Assembly (NCBI GenBank): GCA_024281095.1
Contig: JAMXLJ010000047.1
Span: 9,093-73,092, forward strand
DNA from: Acidimicrobiia bacterium
Lineage (GTDB): Bacteria > Actinomycetota > Acidimicrobiia > IMCC26256 > JAMXLJ01
Direction of reading: 5' to 3'
DNA length: 64,000 nt
The notes beneath the pieces are model-generated. The model searched no databases, was not told the DNA's origin, and was given only the letters and a program-made list of their open reading frames with translations. The translations under genes and the position numbers were made by a program. Positions 15,830-26,060 of this stretch are shown here, one piece after another (positions within the stretch are counted from its first letter, which is position 1; each line of letters starts with the position of its first letter).

Positions 15830-17752
15830 ATGGAGACCCGGCACGATGCGCTGGCCGCGGGCCGGGAGGCCTTCGCTCAGCACCAGTGGCAGCGCGCCTA
15901 CACCTACCTCAACGAGGCGGACGCACAGCAGAGCCTGGACCCGGAGGACCTCGAGCGCCTGGCGGACGCGAGCCGCTGGTCCGGCCACTACGACGAGCTG
16001 CTCGAGCGACTCGAGGAGGCACAGATCGCGTATACCCGTCGCGGGGACCGGATCGGGTCCGCCCGCACGGCACTCGCGCTCGCCCGCTACATGTACGAGC
16101 ACAACAACGGCGGAGCCGCGACGGGCTGGTGGATGCGCGCCGCGCGCGAGCTCGAGGGCACACCCGAGTCGGTAGAGCTCGGTCACCTGCACTGGATGCT
16201 CGCTCACGCGTGCCTCATGAGCGGCGACTTCGACGGCGCGCGACAAGCGGCGCGCCAGGTCGTCGAGGTCGGTCGACGGCTCAAGGCACCTGACCTCGAG
16301 GCGCTCGGCCTCCACGACGAGGCTCACGTGCTGCTCGCGCAAGGGCAAGTACGCGACGGTCTCGCGCTGGTCGACGAGGCGATGACGGTCGCAATGTCGG
16401 GCTCGTGCGCGGTCTCCACCACGGGCACGGTGTACTGCGGAACCATCTGGGCCTACCGCAACGTGGGCGACTGGCGACGCGCGTCCGAGTGGACCGACGC
16501 TTCGTTGCGCTGGTGCGAACGCGAGTCGGTGACGCGCTTTCCCGGGCTGTGCCGCTTCCACCGCGCCGAGGTCATGCGCCTCCGCGGTGCGCTCGCCGAC
16601 GCCGAGCAGGACGCGCTCGCGGCCGCGGAGGAGCTGGTGCGCACCGCGCCGGTCAACGCAGGGTGGGCCTTCGGCGAGCTCGGCGAGATCCGTCGGCGCC
16701 GCGGCGACGCGGCCGGCGCGGCGGACGCGTTCCGCCGAGCGGTCCAGGTCGGCTACGACCCGCAGCCGGGGTTCGCGCTGCTGCGCCTCGACGCCGACGA
16801 CCCGGCGGGGGCGTTCCGCATGATCGAGCGCGCGCTCGCGGACCCGTCATTCCTCACGGTCGAACAGCGCCCGGCGCTGCTCCCTTCGGCCGTACGCATT
16901 GCGGTCGCAGCCGGCGACATCGACACCGCGCGCGCACGGCAGGCCGAGCTGGAAGAGGCGGCCGAGGCAACAGGCTCGCTGCTGCACCTCGCCGGGGCGC
17001 GCGAGTCGGCCGGCCGCATCGAGCTGGCCGAGGGAAACACGGCGCGGGCAGCATCCATTCTCCGCGACGCAATCCGGCTTCTCTGCGAGCTGGAAGCGCC
17101 GTACGAGACGGCCCATGTCCGTCTGGCGCTCGCCGAGGCCTACACCGCGCTGGACGACTCGTACGCGGCCGCGCTCGAGTCCGACGCAGCTCGCGCCACG
17201 TTCGAACGGCTCGGAGCGAACGCGGACCTGGCTCGTCTGGCAACGCGTGCACCCGCGCGCCGGCGGCTGACGTTCCTGTTCACCGACATCGTCGACTCCA
17301 CCCGCCTCGTGGAGGTGCTCGGCAACGAGGCCTGGTCGTCGGTGCTCGACTGGCACGACCGCACGGTGCGCGCAACGCTGCACCAGCACCAGGGGACCGA
17401 GGTCGACCACACGGGTGACGGATTCTTCGCCACCTTCCCGGATGCCGATCGCGCGCTCGACTTCGCGGTGGAGCTGCAGCGCACGCTCCTGGCGCACCGC
17501 CACGACCACGGCTTCGCACCACAGGTTCGCGTCGGCGTCCACGCGGGTGAGGCGCTCTCGCGCGAGGAGAACCTCAGTGGCCGCGATGTGCACGTCGCGG
17601 CGCGGATCGCGGCCGCAGCGGGCGGCGGCGAGATTCTCGTCAGCGAGGCGACGATCCGCGAGACCACAGGTCGGGCGACGTCGGATCCGCGCTCGCTGTC
17701 GTTGAAGGGCGTCGCCGACCTGGTCGACGTGGTGACCCTCGACTGGCGCTGA
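15830..17752 (+). CDS. adenylate/guanylate cyclase with an N-terminal TPR-like helical region
   Basis: Internal ATG (METRHDAL) preceded by GGAGG at 15821. C-terminal class III cyclase domain LTFLFTDIVDSTRL...HTGDGFFATF...VRVGVHAGEA. Confidence 0.85.
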   Translation: METRHDALAAGREAFAQHQWQRAYTYLNEADAQQSLDPEDLERLADASRWSGHYDELLERLEEAQIAYTRRGDRIGSARTALALARYMYEHNNGGAATGWWMRAARELEGTPESVELGHLHWMLAHACLMSGDFDGARQAARQVVEVGRRLKAPDLEALGLHDEAHVLLAQGQVRDGLALVDEAMTVAMSGSCAVSTTGTVYCGTIWAYRNVGDWRRASEWTDASLRWCERESVTRFPGLCRFHRAEVMRLRGALADAEQDALAAAEELVRTAPVNAGWAFGELGEIRRRRGDAAGAADAFRRAVQVGYDPQPGFALLRLDADDPAGAFRMIERALADPSFLTVEQRPALLPSAVRIAVAAGDIDTARARQAELEEAAEATGSLLHLAGARESAGRIELAEGNTARAASILRDAIRLLCELEAPYETAHVRLALAEAYTALDDSYAAALESDAARATFERLGANADLARLATRAPARRRLTFLFTDIVDSTRLVEVLGNEAWSSVLDWHDRTVRATLHQHQGTEVDHTGDGFFATFPDADRALDFAVELQRTLLAHRHDHGFAPQVRVGVHAGEALSREENLSGRDVHVAARIAAAAGGGEILVSEATIRETTGRATSDPRSLSLKGVADLVDVVTLDWR

Positions 17753-17788
17753 CCGCAATCGCCCCGTGGCGTCGTCTTCGTACCGGAG

Positions 17789-17807
17789 CGGCGTCAAAAC
17801 GACGCCG
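17789..17807. terminator. short hairpin between the convergent cyclase and hydrolase genes
   Basis: CGGCGTC-AAAAC-GACGCCG. Confidence 0.4.
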
Positions 17808-17821
17808 GACCGGCCGGTGGC

Positions 17822-18703
17822 TCACCACGCCTCGACGGTGGACAGGTAGTCGAGCATCGCGGCGGTGGTCTCGGCGGGGCGTTCCTGCTGGGTCCAGTGG
17901 CCGCAGTCGTCGATCACGACACGTCGGAGGTTGGGGACGCGTTCCTCCATCCCGATCGACATCGCGGGCGACAGGACGGGGTCGTCGGCGGCCGAGATCA
18001 TGAGGCACGGGACCTCGATGCGCACGTCGGCGAGGTCGGCGGTGAGCTCCCAGTTGCGGTCCAGGTTGCGGTAGTACTCGATGGGCGGCGTGAACGCGCC
18101 AACTGGTGAGAACGCCTGCACGTACACGTCGATCACCTCGTCGGGGAAGGCGTCCGCCCGTCGTGTGACCTCGCTGCGGAACATGAGCTCGAGGAAGTCG
18201 CGCGCTCCGCGTCCCCACGAGAGCACCCACTCCGCGACACCGCGGTCCTGCAACTGCACGATGTAGACGGGCGGGTCGAACACCTGCCGCATCAACTGCA
18301 CGGGCGGCATCGGCGGCCGCGGCAGATCGGGCGTGTTCACACCGATCACGCCCGCCGTCAGCTCCGGATAGCGGCGAGCGAAGGTCCACACCAACAAGCC
18401 TCCCCAGTCGTGGCCCACGACGACGGCCCGGTCGTGCCCGAGCTCGGGGATCATCCCGGCGAGACATGCGTTCACCCACTCGATGTCGTAGGCGACGTCG
18501 GGCTTGTCGGAGCGGCCGTATCCGGGCAGGTCCACCGCCGCCGCGTGGTACCCGGCCGCTGCGAGTGGGCCGAGCTGGTGCCGCCACGAGTACGCGAGCT
18601 CGGGAAAGCCGTGAAGGAGCAGTACGAGCGGACCACCGGAGTCTTCGCCGTCCTCCACGGTGAACAGACGGATGCCGTTGGTGGTCGCGTATCGCTCGCG
18701 CAC
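17822..18703 (-). CDS. alpha/beta hydrolase, epoxide-hydrolase-like
   Basis: GTG start at 18703 (VRERYATTNGIRLF). LLLHGFPELAYSWRHQ, GHDWGG nucleophile elbow, C-terminal DDCGHW. Confidence 0.85.
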   Translation of the reverse strand: MRERYATTNGIRLFTVEDGEDSGGPLVLLLHGFPELAYSWRHQLGPLAAAGYHAAAVDLPGYGRSDKPDVAYDIEWVNACLAGMIPELGHDRAVVVGHDWGGLLVWTFARRYPELTAGVIGVNTPDLPRPPMPPVQLMRQVFDPPVYIVQLQDRGVAEWVLSWGRGARDFLELMFRSEVTRRADAFPDEVIDVYVQAFSPVGAFTPPIEYYRNLDRNWELTADLADVRIEVPCLMISAADDPVLSPAMSIGMEERVPNLRRVVIDDCGHWTQQERPAETTAAMLDYLSTVEAW

Positions 18704-18740
18704 GCGGCCGCACCGTATCGCGCGCCGGTAGGATCGCCCG

Positions 18741-19508
18741 GTGCCCGACCTCGTCCTCGTCGACACCGATGCGCGGGTGCGGATCGTCACCCTCAACCGC
18801 CCCGAGGCGCGCAACGCACTCGACACCGCGCTCCAACGGGCGTCCGCCGCGGCGCTCGTGGCCGCGGAGGCCGACGACGGCATCGACGTCGTCGTGCTCA
18901 CCGGTGCCGATCCCGCCTTCTGTGCCGGGCTCGACCTACGCGAGCTCGGCAGCACCGGCGACAATCTCAAGGGCGGCGGTGACGGCCCCGAGGGCAACCC
19001 CTTCGCAGCGCTCTGGCAGATGACCAAACCGGTGGTCGGCGCGATCAACGGCGCGTGCGTCACCGGCGGATTCGAGCTCGCGCTCGCGTGCGACTTCCTC
19101 GTCGCGTCGGAGCGGGCGAAGTTCGGCGACACGCACGCCCGCGTCGGCGTCACACCGGGCGGGGGGATGAGCGTCTTCCTCCCCGAGGCCGTCGGCGTGC
19201 GCATGGCCAAGCAGATGAGCCTCACGGGGAACTTCGTCGACGCGCCGCGCGCGCTCGAGCTGGGTCTGGTCAACGAAGTCGTGCCGCACCACGAGCTCGT
19301 ACCCCGCGCCGTCGAGCTCGCTCACGACATCTCGGGGAACGATCAACACGCCGTGCGCAACCTCAAGCAGCTCTACGACGAGAACCGCAAGCTCAGCGGG
19401 GCGGACGCGATCGCGAACGAGCAGCGCCGGTTCCGGTCGTGGCGCGTCGACCCCGCCGAGGTCGAGCGGCGCCGTGCCGAGGTGGTCGCGAGGGGCAGAA
19501 ACCAGTAG
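18741..19508 (+). CDS. enoyl-CoA hydratase/isomerase (crotonase) family protein
   Basis: VRIVTLNRPEARNAL, FCAGLDL, GGFELALACD. Confidence 0.9.
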   Translation: MPDLVLVDTDARVRIVTLNRPEARNALDTALQRASAAALVAAEADDGIDVVVLTGADPAFCAGLDLRELGSTGDNLKGGGDGPEGNPFAALWQMTKPVVGAINGACVTGGFELALACDFLVASERAKFGDTHARVGVTPGGGMSVFLPEAVGVRMAKQMSLTGNFVDAPRALELGLVNEVVPHHELVPRAVELAHDISGNDQHAVRNLKQLYDENRKLSGADAIANEQRRFRSWRVDPAEVERRRAEVVARGRNQ

Positions 19509-19559
19509 CTGCCACGTCCTCCGAGCCACTGAGAGCGAGCCATAGGCTAGGCGCCCGAC

Positions 19560-20987
19560 ATGCTGTTCCCCACCGTCACGTTCGCGATCTTCTTCATGAT
19601 CGTGCTGCCAGTGAGCTGGCTCCTCATGCCCACGCCGGCTCGCTGGAAGCTCTTCATGGTGGCCGCGAGCTACTACTTCTACGGCTACTGGAACTGGCGC
19701 TTCATTCTGCTGATCGTCGCGTCGACGCTGGGCAACCAGTTCTTCGCGCGCCTGATCCATCGGACCGACGACGAGCGTCTGCGCCGGGTGTTCCTCACCG
19801 TCGCCGTCGCGATGAACCTCGGGGTGCTCGGCTACTTCAAGTACTACGACTTCTTCGTCAGCTCGGCGCAGAACCTGCTTCGGCACGTCGGAATCTCGAT
19901 GTCGCCCGAGATCGTCGCGATCACGCTGCCTGTCGGGATCTCGTTCTTCACGTTCCAGGCCCTGAGCTATGTCATCGACGTGTACCGGCGGAACTTCGAA
20001 CCGGTGGGGCTCGTCGACTTCGCCGTGTACCTCTCGTTCTTCCCGCACCTCGTCGCCGGACCGATCGTGCGCGCAGCCGAGTTCCTGCCGCAGCTCCGCG
20101 AGCGCCACGACCCGCGTCGCGTGGACGCGAGCCGGGCCTTCTTCCTGATCGCCGGCGGCCTGTTCAAGAAGGTCGTCATCGCGAACTTCCTCGCGACCTC
20201 GATCGTCGACAGCGTGTTCGCATCTCCCGCACGACATTCCGGGTTCGAAGCGCTCGTCGCGGTCTACGCCTACGCGGTGCAGATCTATGCCGACTTCAGC
20301 GGCTACACCGACATCGCGATCGGGCTCGCGCTGCTGCTCGGCTTCCGGTTCCCGCAGAACTTCGACGCGCCCTACACCGCGCGTTCGCTGCAGGACTTCT
20401 GGCGACGGTGGCACATGACGCTGTCGCGATGGCTGCGCGATTACCTCTACATCCCGCTGGGCGGCAACCGTCGCGGCCGTTTCCTCACGTATCGCAACCT
20501 CATGATCACGATGGTGCTCGGTGGGCTGTGGCACGGCGCCGCGTGGACGTTCGTGGTGTGGGGCGCCATCCACGGCGGCGTGCTCGCGTTCGAACACTGG
20601 CGGCACGAGGAGCGCATCCGGCGGAGCCTGCCGGAGCCCGACGACACTCTGCTCCGGCGGGTGGGCGATCGGCTCCTCACGTTCAACATCGTGTGCCTCG
20701 CGTGGATCTTCTTCCGAGCCGATTCCTTTTCCAACGCCGGCGCGGTCCTGTCGCGGATCTTCTTCCACTGGGGCGGCACCGCGAGCCTTGTCACACCGTG
20801 GGTGCTGCTCGCGATCGCCGTCGGGATCGTCACGCAGTACGTGCCCACACACGCGCTCGCGCACGCCATGTCGCAGTTCTCGCGGCTCTCGCCGGTGGTG
20901 CAGGGTTGCGTCCTCGGCGTCGGCCTGCTGTTCATCAACGCGCTCGGACCGCGCGGCGTCGCTCCGTTCATCTACTTCCGTTTCTGA
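19560..20987 (+). CDS. MBOAT family O-acyltransferase (AlgI/PatA-like)
   Basis: Multi-TM protein, FWRRWHMTLSRWLRDYLYIPLGGNR with the conserved His, GLWHGAAW. Confidence 0.9.
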   Translation: MLFPTVTFAIFFMIVLPVSWLLMPTPARWKLFMVAASYYFYGYWNWRFILLIVASTLGNQFFARLIHRTDDERLRRVFLTVAVAMNLGVLGYFKYYDFFVSSAQNLLRHVGISMSPEIVAITLPVGISFFTFQALSYVIDVYRRNFEPVGLVDFAVYLSFFPHLVAGPIVRAAEFLPQLRERHDPRRVDASRAFFLIAGGLFKKVVIANFLATSIVDSVFASPARHSGFEALVAVYAYAVQIYADFSGYTDIAIGLALLLGFRFPQNFDAPYTARSLQDFWRRWHMTLSRWLRDYLYIPLGGNRRGRFLTYRNLMITMVLGGLWHGAAWTFVVWGAIHGGVLAFEHWRHEERIRRSLPEPDDTLLRRVGDRLLTFNIVCLAWIFFRADSFSNAGAVLSRIFFHWGGTASLVTPWVLLAIAVGIVTQYVPTHALAHAMSQFSRLSPVVQGCVLGVGLLFINALGPRGVAPFIYFRF

Positions 20988-21005
20988 TTCGATGTTGCGC
21001 CTGCC

Positions 21006-22103
21006 ATGACCGTCACCCGGGAACCGACGACCTCCACCACCAAGACCGCTCCGCCGTCGTCGCGGCGCGCCGGTGAACCGCCGCGCCGTCCGATGGCCGC
21101 GGGTCACGTCATCGTGGTGCTCAGCGTCGCGCTGCTCGTCGGATCGTTGTTGAACGCGCGCGGCATGTTGAAGACCGCGCACAGCCTCAATCTCGACAGC
21201 ACACGCCGCGAGTTCTCCCTCTTCTTCGCGAAGCCGCTGTTCCGCGTCGCGCACTTCCTGCACACCGACCGCCCGCGCGAGTGGATCCAGGAGTTGATCG
21301 GGCGCAAGCACGACGACGACATCGCGTCGGTCGCGGGCCCCTCGCCGACCACCACCACGACGACGCTTCCCCCTCCGCCGTCGACTGCAGCGGGCGGCGT
21401 CGCGCCACCACCTACGGTGCCGACCGCACCACCCGCGAAACCCGTGTTCGACGCGAACCACCGCCTGCGCGTCTACATCGCCGGCGACTCCCTCGGTGTC
21501 GTGCCCGGCCAGGAGTACCTGAACCTCGTCACCGGCGTGAACGCGATCACCGTTCCCAACGGCGTCGACACGAAGATCTCGAGTGGTCTGTCGCGTCCCG
21601 ACTACTTCGACTGGCCCAACCGCATACTCAGTCAGGTGAAGTCGATCGATCCCAACGCGGTCGTGCTCACGTTCGGCGCCAACGACGACCAGGCGGTGCA
21701 GGCACCCGACGGTACGAAGTACGGCTTCGGCTCGCCCGGATGGGTCAAGGAGTACCGACGGCGCGTCGGCGGCCTCATGGACGCGATCGTGTCGCAGGGC
21801 CGCACCGTGTTCTGGGTCGGTGTGCCGGTCGTGCGCGACCCGGCCCGTTGGGCGCACTACCAACTCATCGACCAGATCTCTTCGTCCGAGGCGGCGGCCC
21901 GGCCTGGCAAGGTCTTCTTCATCGACACCACGCCGGTCGTTGCCGGCCCGCACGGCGAGTACGAGGACTACCTCCCCGATTCGTCCGGGCAGCTGCGCCG
22001 GGTCCGTTCCGCCGACGGGATCCACGTCGAACGACCGGGCGGTCGCCTGATCGCGGAGGCGATCCTCGCCAGGATGCGCGAGGTCTGGGATCTGAGGGGC
22101 TGA
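21006..22103 (+). CDS. secreted SGNH/DUF459-like hydrolase partner of the MBOAT
   Basis: N-terminal TM/signal anchor, Thr/Pro linker, VYIAGDSLG (block I Ser), TFGANDDQ (block III). Confidence 0.75.
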   Translation: MTVTREPTTSTTKTAPPSSRRAGEPPRRPMAAGHVIVVLSVALLVGSLLNARGMLKTAHSLNLDSTRREFSLFFAKPLFRVAHFLHTDRPREWIQELIGRKHDDDIASVAGPSPTTTTTTLPPPPSTAAGGVAPPPTVPTAPPAKPVFDANHRLRVYIAGDSLGVVPGQEYLNLVTGVNAITVPNGVDTKISSGLSRPDYFDWPNRILSQVKSIDPNAVVLTFGANDDQAVQAPDGTKYGFGSPGWVKEYRRRVGGLMDAIVSQGRTVFWVGVPVVRDPARWAHYQLIDQISSSEAAARPGKVFFIDTTPVVAGPHGEYEDYLPDSSGQLRRVRSADGIHVERPGGRLIAEAILARMREVWDLRG

Positions 22104-22126
22104 GCCGGGCGAAATACCCTGTCGGC

Positions 22127-23320
22127 ATGGAGCTCCACCAACTGATCCAACCCGCCGACACCAAGATCGTGCTCGTCGTGATGGACGGCCTCGGTGGCTA
22201 CGCCGACGCCGAACACGGCACCGAGCTCGAAGAGGCCGAGACGCCGAACCTGGACCGCCTCGCCGCGGAGGGGATCTCGGGCGTCGTCGAGCCGGTGGGT
22301 CCGGGGATCACACCGGGCTCGGGCCCCGGTCACCTCGGGCTGTTCGGTTACGACCCCGAACGCTTCGAGCTCGGTCGCGGCGCGTTGAGCGCAGCCGGCC
22401 TCGACTTCACGCTGCAAGCCGGCGACGTCGCGGCACGCGGCAACTTCTGCACCCTCGCTCCCGACGGCACCATCGTCGACCGTCGCGCCGGGCGCATCCC
22501 CGACCCGGAGGCCGCCGCCGTCGTCGAGAAACTGCAGGCGGGCGTGCGCCTCGACGGCGCCGAGGTGTTCTTCCGGCACGAGCGTGAGCACCGGCTGCTC
22601 GTCGTGCTGCGTGGCGAGGGCCTCGAGCCCGACGTCGCCGATACGGATCCTCAGAACACCGGGGTACCCCCGAGCGAGGCGGTCGCGCACGACCCCGGTT
22701 CGAAACGAACGGCCGAGCTCGTCGCCGAGCTCAATGCACAGGTGCGCGCGCTTCTCGCGGGCGAGCCGAAGGCGAACTTCGTGCTGCTGCGCGGCTTCGA
22801 CACCCACCGCGAGCTTCCGAGCTTTGCCGACCGCTACGGCCTTCGCGCCGCGGCGGTGGCGATCTATCCGATGTATCGCGGCATCGCTCGCCTGCTCGGG
22901 ATGGAGGTGCTGGGGCGTCCGGCCGACCTCGACGAGCAGCTGCAGATCATGGGCGACGCGTGGGGCGAGTACGACTACTTCTTCCTGCACCACAAGTACA
23001 CCGACTCCGCGGGCGAGGACGGCGACCGGCCTCGCAAGATCGCGATGATCGAGCGGCTCGACACCGCCATCCCCGCGGTTCGCGCGCTCGGTCCGGATGT
23101 CATCGTCGTCACCGGCGACCACGCCACGCCGAGCCAGTTGGCCGCCCACTCGTGGCACCCGGTACCGGCGCTGCTGTGGAGCGAGCGCTGCGGCCGCGAC
23201 GACGTCGACCGGTTCGGCGAGCGCTGGGCCCGGCACGGTGGCATCGGCATGCGACCCACCAAGGACCTCATGCCGATCATGCTGGCGAACGCGGGGCGCC
23301 TCCAGAAGTACGGCGCTTAG
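22127..23320 (+). CDS. apgM: cofactor-independent phosphoglycerate mutase, archaeal/ApgM type
   Basis: Internal ATG (MELHQLIQ). VLVVMDGLGG, ETPNLDRLA, PGSGPGHLGLFGYDP, VDRRAGRI, VVTGDHATP. Confidence 0.85.
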   Translation: MELHQLIQPADTKIVLVVMDGLGGYADAEHGTELEEAETPNLDRLAAEGISGVVEPVGPGITPGSGPGHLGLFGYDPERFELGRGALSAAGLDFTLQAGDVAARGNFCTLAPDGTIVDRRAGRIPDPEAAAVVEKLQAGVRLDGAEVFFRHEREHRLLVVLRGEGLEPDVADTDPQNTGVPPSEAVAHDPGSKRTAELVAELNAQVRALLAGEPKANFVLLRGFDTHRELPSFADRYGLRAAAVAIYPMYRGIARLLGMEVLGRPADLDEQLQIMGDAWGEYDYFFLHHKYTDSAGEDGDRPRKIAMIERLDTAIPAVRALGPDVIVVTGDHATPSQLAAHSWHPVPALLWSERCGRDDVDRFGERWARHGGIGMRPTKDLMPIMLANAGRLQKYGA

Positions 23321-23414
23321 CCCACCACCCCACGGCGCAGTGCGGCCGGCGGAGTTTCGGGAATCGTAAGACGGGCGGTGATCCGTCCGGCCGCTCCCGC
23401 CGTATCCTCGTCGT

Positions 23415-24140
23415 ATGGCGCAAACAGTGCGCGAGCCCGGGCCGGGCACGCCCGTCGGGCGGCGCGTCTTCCTCGGCCTCGTGGGCGCCGGGGCGGCCGG
23501 GATCCTCTGGGGCGCCAAGGCGAACGACTTCCTCGAGCGCACCGTCGGCAAGCTGGTCTCGAAGGACGGCACCGGCCTCTCTTCCCTCCTGCCGATCGGG
23601 CGGTTCCGGATCTACACCGTCACCGGCGACCTCCCGAGCCGCAGCAAGGCCGCGTGGCGCCTGAAGCTGCACGGCCTCGTCGACCAGCCCTACGTGCTCA
23701 CGTACGAGGATCTGCGCGCGATGCCGCCATTGCACGTCACGCGGGACTTCCAGTGCGTCACGGGATGGCGCGTGCACAGCGTCGGATGGACGGGCGTGCG
23801 CCTCGGCGACCTGCTCGACCGGGCCGGTGTGCAACCCAGTGCCCGGGCGCTGCGACTCACGAGCTTCGACGGCGAATACACCGAGAGCCTCACCCTCGAG
23901 CAGGCCCGCCGCGCCGACGTCATGATCGCGTACCAGCTCGACGGGAGTGACCTGTCGAGTGAGCACGGCGGGCCGGTTCGGCTCTACGTCGCGCCGATGT
24001 ACGGCTACAAGTCGTTGAAGTGGCTCGACACCATCGAGGTGGTCGACAAGGTCATCCCCGGCTACTGGGAACAGCAGGGCTACGACGTGGACGGTTGGGT
24101 CGGGAAGTCGAATGGTCGCGACGACCGCCCCACGAGCTGA
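23415..24140 (+). CDS. molybdopterin-dependent oxidoreductase (sulfite-oxidase/MsrP-like), Tat-type signal
   Basis: GRRVFLGLVGAGAAG twin-Arg leader and the Oxidored_molyb core FQCVTGW...HGGPVRLYVP. Confidence 0.85.
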   Translation: MAQTVREPGPGTPVGRRVFLGLVGAGAAGILWGAKANDFLERTVGKLVSKDGTGLSSLLPIGRFRIYTVTGDLPSRSKAAWRLKLHGLVDQPYVLTYEDLRAMPPLHVTRDFQCVTGWRVHSVGWTGVRLGDLLDRAGVQPSARALRLTSFDGEYTESLTLEQARRADVMIAYQLDGSDLSSEHGGPVRLYVAPMYGYKSLKWLDTIEVVDKVIPGYWEQQGYDVDGWVGKSNGRDDRPTS

Positions 24141-24798
24141 CATACCGGAGCGGGTCGCTCGCTTCGATCGTCTCGAGCGCGCCGTCCACTGGACGAACGC
24201 AACGCTCTTCCTCGTGCTCTTGACCACCGGGGCAATGCTCTACGCCGGACCCCTGTCCGGATTGGTCGGGCGGCGGGAGCTCGTGCGCATGGTGCACGTG
24301 TATTCGGGCCTCGTGTTGCCCGTTCCTCTTCTCGCCGGCATCGTGTTGCGTTCCGGACGCCAGTTGCGCGAAGACCTCCGCGCGTTGAACCGATGGATCC
24401 CCGACGACTTCCGGTGGCTGCGCACACGGGGCCGCGACCCGCACGTGCGTCTCGGCAAATTCAATCCCGGACAGAAGCTGAACGCGACGTTCGTCGGCGC
24501 GGCCATCGTGGTGATGCTGGCGACCGGTTCGATCATGCACTGGTTCGGCTACTTCCCGAACGACTGGCGCACGGGCGCGACGTTCGTGCACGACTGGTTC
24601 GCGATCGCGCTCTTCTTCGTCGTCGTGGGCCACATCTGGCTCGCGCTCGCGGACCCGGTCGCGCTGCGCGGCATGACCAGGGGCTCGGTGACGGGCGCCT
24701 GGGCGAAGCATCACCGTGCACGATGGTTCGACGAGGTGACGGCGGGCACACGGGGTCCGGCGGAAACCGCGAACGAGGTGACGTCGGACGCTCGCTAG
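24112..24798 (+). CDS. membrane b-type cytochrome (PF01292-like) partner subunit
   Basis: RFDRLERAVHWTNATLFLVLLTTG, four TM with conserved His; overlaps the upstream gene by 29 nt. Confidence 0.75.
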   Translation: MVATTAPRADIPERVARFDRLERAVHWTNATLFLVLLTTGAMLYAGPLSGLVGRRELVRMVHVYSGLVLPVPLLAGIVLRSGRQLREDLRALNRWIPDDFRWLRTRGRDPHVRLGKFNPGQKLNATFVGAAIVVMLATGSIMHWFGYFPNDWRTGATFVHDWFAIALFFVVVGHIWLALADPVALRGMTRGSVTGAWAKHHRARWFDEVTAGTRGPAETANEVTSDAR

Positions 24799-24808
24799 GC
24801 TCGTCGGC

Positions 24809-25954
24809 ATGCCCCCCGCGTCTTCTTCCCCCGAGCCCGAGGACGTCCGCATCCCTCGCGACGTGCTGCCGTCGGACGGCCGGTTCGGGTCGGGCCCCTC
24901 GAAGGTTCCACAGCGTGCGGTCGACGCGTTGGCCGCCGCCGCCCCGACGTACCTCGGCACCAGCCACCGGCGCCCCGGCGTCCGGTCCGTCGTCGGGCGC
25001 ATACGCGAGGGTCTCGCGTCACTCTTCGCGCTCCCCGACGGCTACGAGGTGCTGCTCGGTGTGGGTGGCTCGACGCTGTTCTGGGACGCGGCGTCATTTG
25101 GGCTGATCGAGCGGCGCAGCCAGCACCTGGTGTTCGGCGAGTTCTCGTCGAAATTCGCCAAGGTCACGGCGGCGGCGCCGCACCTCGACGCGCCGGAGAT
25201 CATCGAGTCCGCGCCCGGCACGCATCCGCTGCCGCACGCGAGTGACGTCGACGTGTACGCGTTCACACACAACGAGACGTCGACCGGCGTGATGATGGAC
25301 ATCGCCAGGCCGCACGACGCCGACGGGCTCGTGGTCGTCGACGCGACATCGGGCGCCGGTGCTCTTCGCGTGGACCCCCACGACTTCGACGTCTACTACT
25401 TCGCGCCTCAGAAGGCGTTCGCGAGCGAGGGCGGCTTGTGGCTTGCACTGTGCTCGCCGCGGGCGGTCGAACGCATCGAGCGGGTCGGCGGGTCCGGCCG
25501 GTTCGCGCCCGCGTCGCTCAGCCTTCCGATCGCGCTGGAGAATTCGCGCCTCGAACAGACGTACAACACGCCCGCGCTCGCGACCCTGTTCCTCCTTGCG
25601 GAGCAGATGGAGTGGATGCTCCGCAACGGCGGGCTCGAGTGGGCCGCGTCGCGTTCCGATCGCTCGTCGGAGACCGTCTACGCGTGGGCCGAGGCGCACC
25701 GGTACGCGACACCGTTCGTCGCCAAGCCGGACGAACGCTCGCACGTGACCGCGACGATCGACTTTGCCGAACCCGTCGACGCGGCCGCGATCGCCAGGGC
25801 GCTTCGCGTCAACGGCGTCGTCGACGTCGAGCCGTACCGCAAACTCGGTCGCAATCAGTTGCGCATCGCCACGTTCCCGGCCATCGAGCCCGAGGACCTC
25901 GTGGCGCTCACCCGTTGCATCGACTACGTGATCGAGGCGCTCGGCTGGAGCTGA
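24809..25954 (+). CDS. serC: phosphoserine aminotransferase (actinobacterial type)
   Basis: DGRFGSGPSKV, GGSTLFWD, NETSTGV, YYFAPQKAFASEGGLW. Confidence 0.9.
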   Translation: MPPASSSPEPEDVRIPRDVLPSDGRFGSGPSKVPQRAVDALAAAAPTYLGTSHRRPGVRSVVGRIREGLASLFALPDGYEVLLGVGGSTLFWDAASFGLIERRSQHLVFGEFSSKFAKVTAAAPHLDAPEIIESAPGTHPLPHASDVDVYAFTHNETSTGVMMDIARPHDADGLVVVDATSGAGALRVDPHDFDVYYFAPQKAFASEGGLWLALCSPRAVERIERVGGSGRFAPASLSLPIALENSRLEQTYNTPALATLFLLAEQMEWMLRNGGLEWAASRSDRSSETVYAWAEAHRYATPFVAKPDERSHVTATIDFAEPVDAAAIARALRVNGVVDVEPYRKLGRNQLRIATFPAIEPEDLVALTRCIDYVIEALGWS

Positions 25955-26060
25955 CCGAGCGCACCTCGTGTGGATCGGGCGGGACGTATTCGCCGGAATC
26001 CACACGCCGTCGGCGAGAGTGTCGTTGACGTCGCCTCCACGGACGCGCCATCCTCCCGTC

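Noticed and set aside
25961-26006. Possible REP/MITE-like repeat family. The 15-mer cacctcgtgtggatc occurs after the serC stop (about 25961) and after the DUF4389 stop (about 45965), each inside an inverted repeat CGTGTGGAT...ATCCAC(A/G)CG. A similar GTGGA...TCCAC hairpin lies at 58529-58571.
   Set aside because: A single 15-nt match is about what chance predicts in 64 kb searched on both strands, especially at biased GC. The rest of the elements differ in loop and length. They are more simply independent terminator hairpins. A genome-wide count of the motif would be needed to revive the idea.
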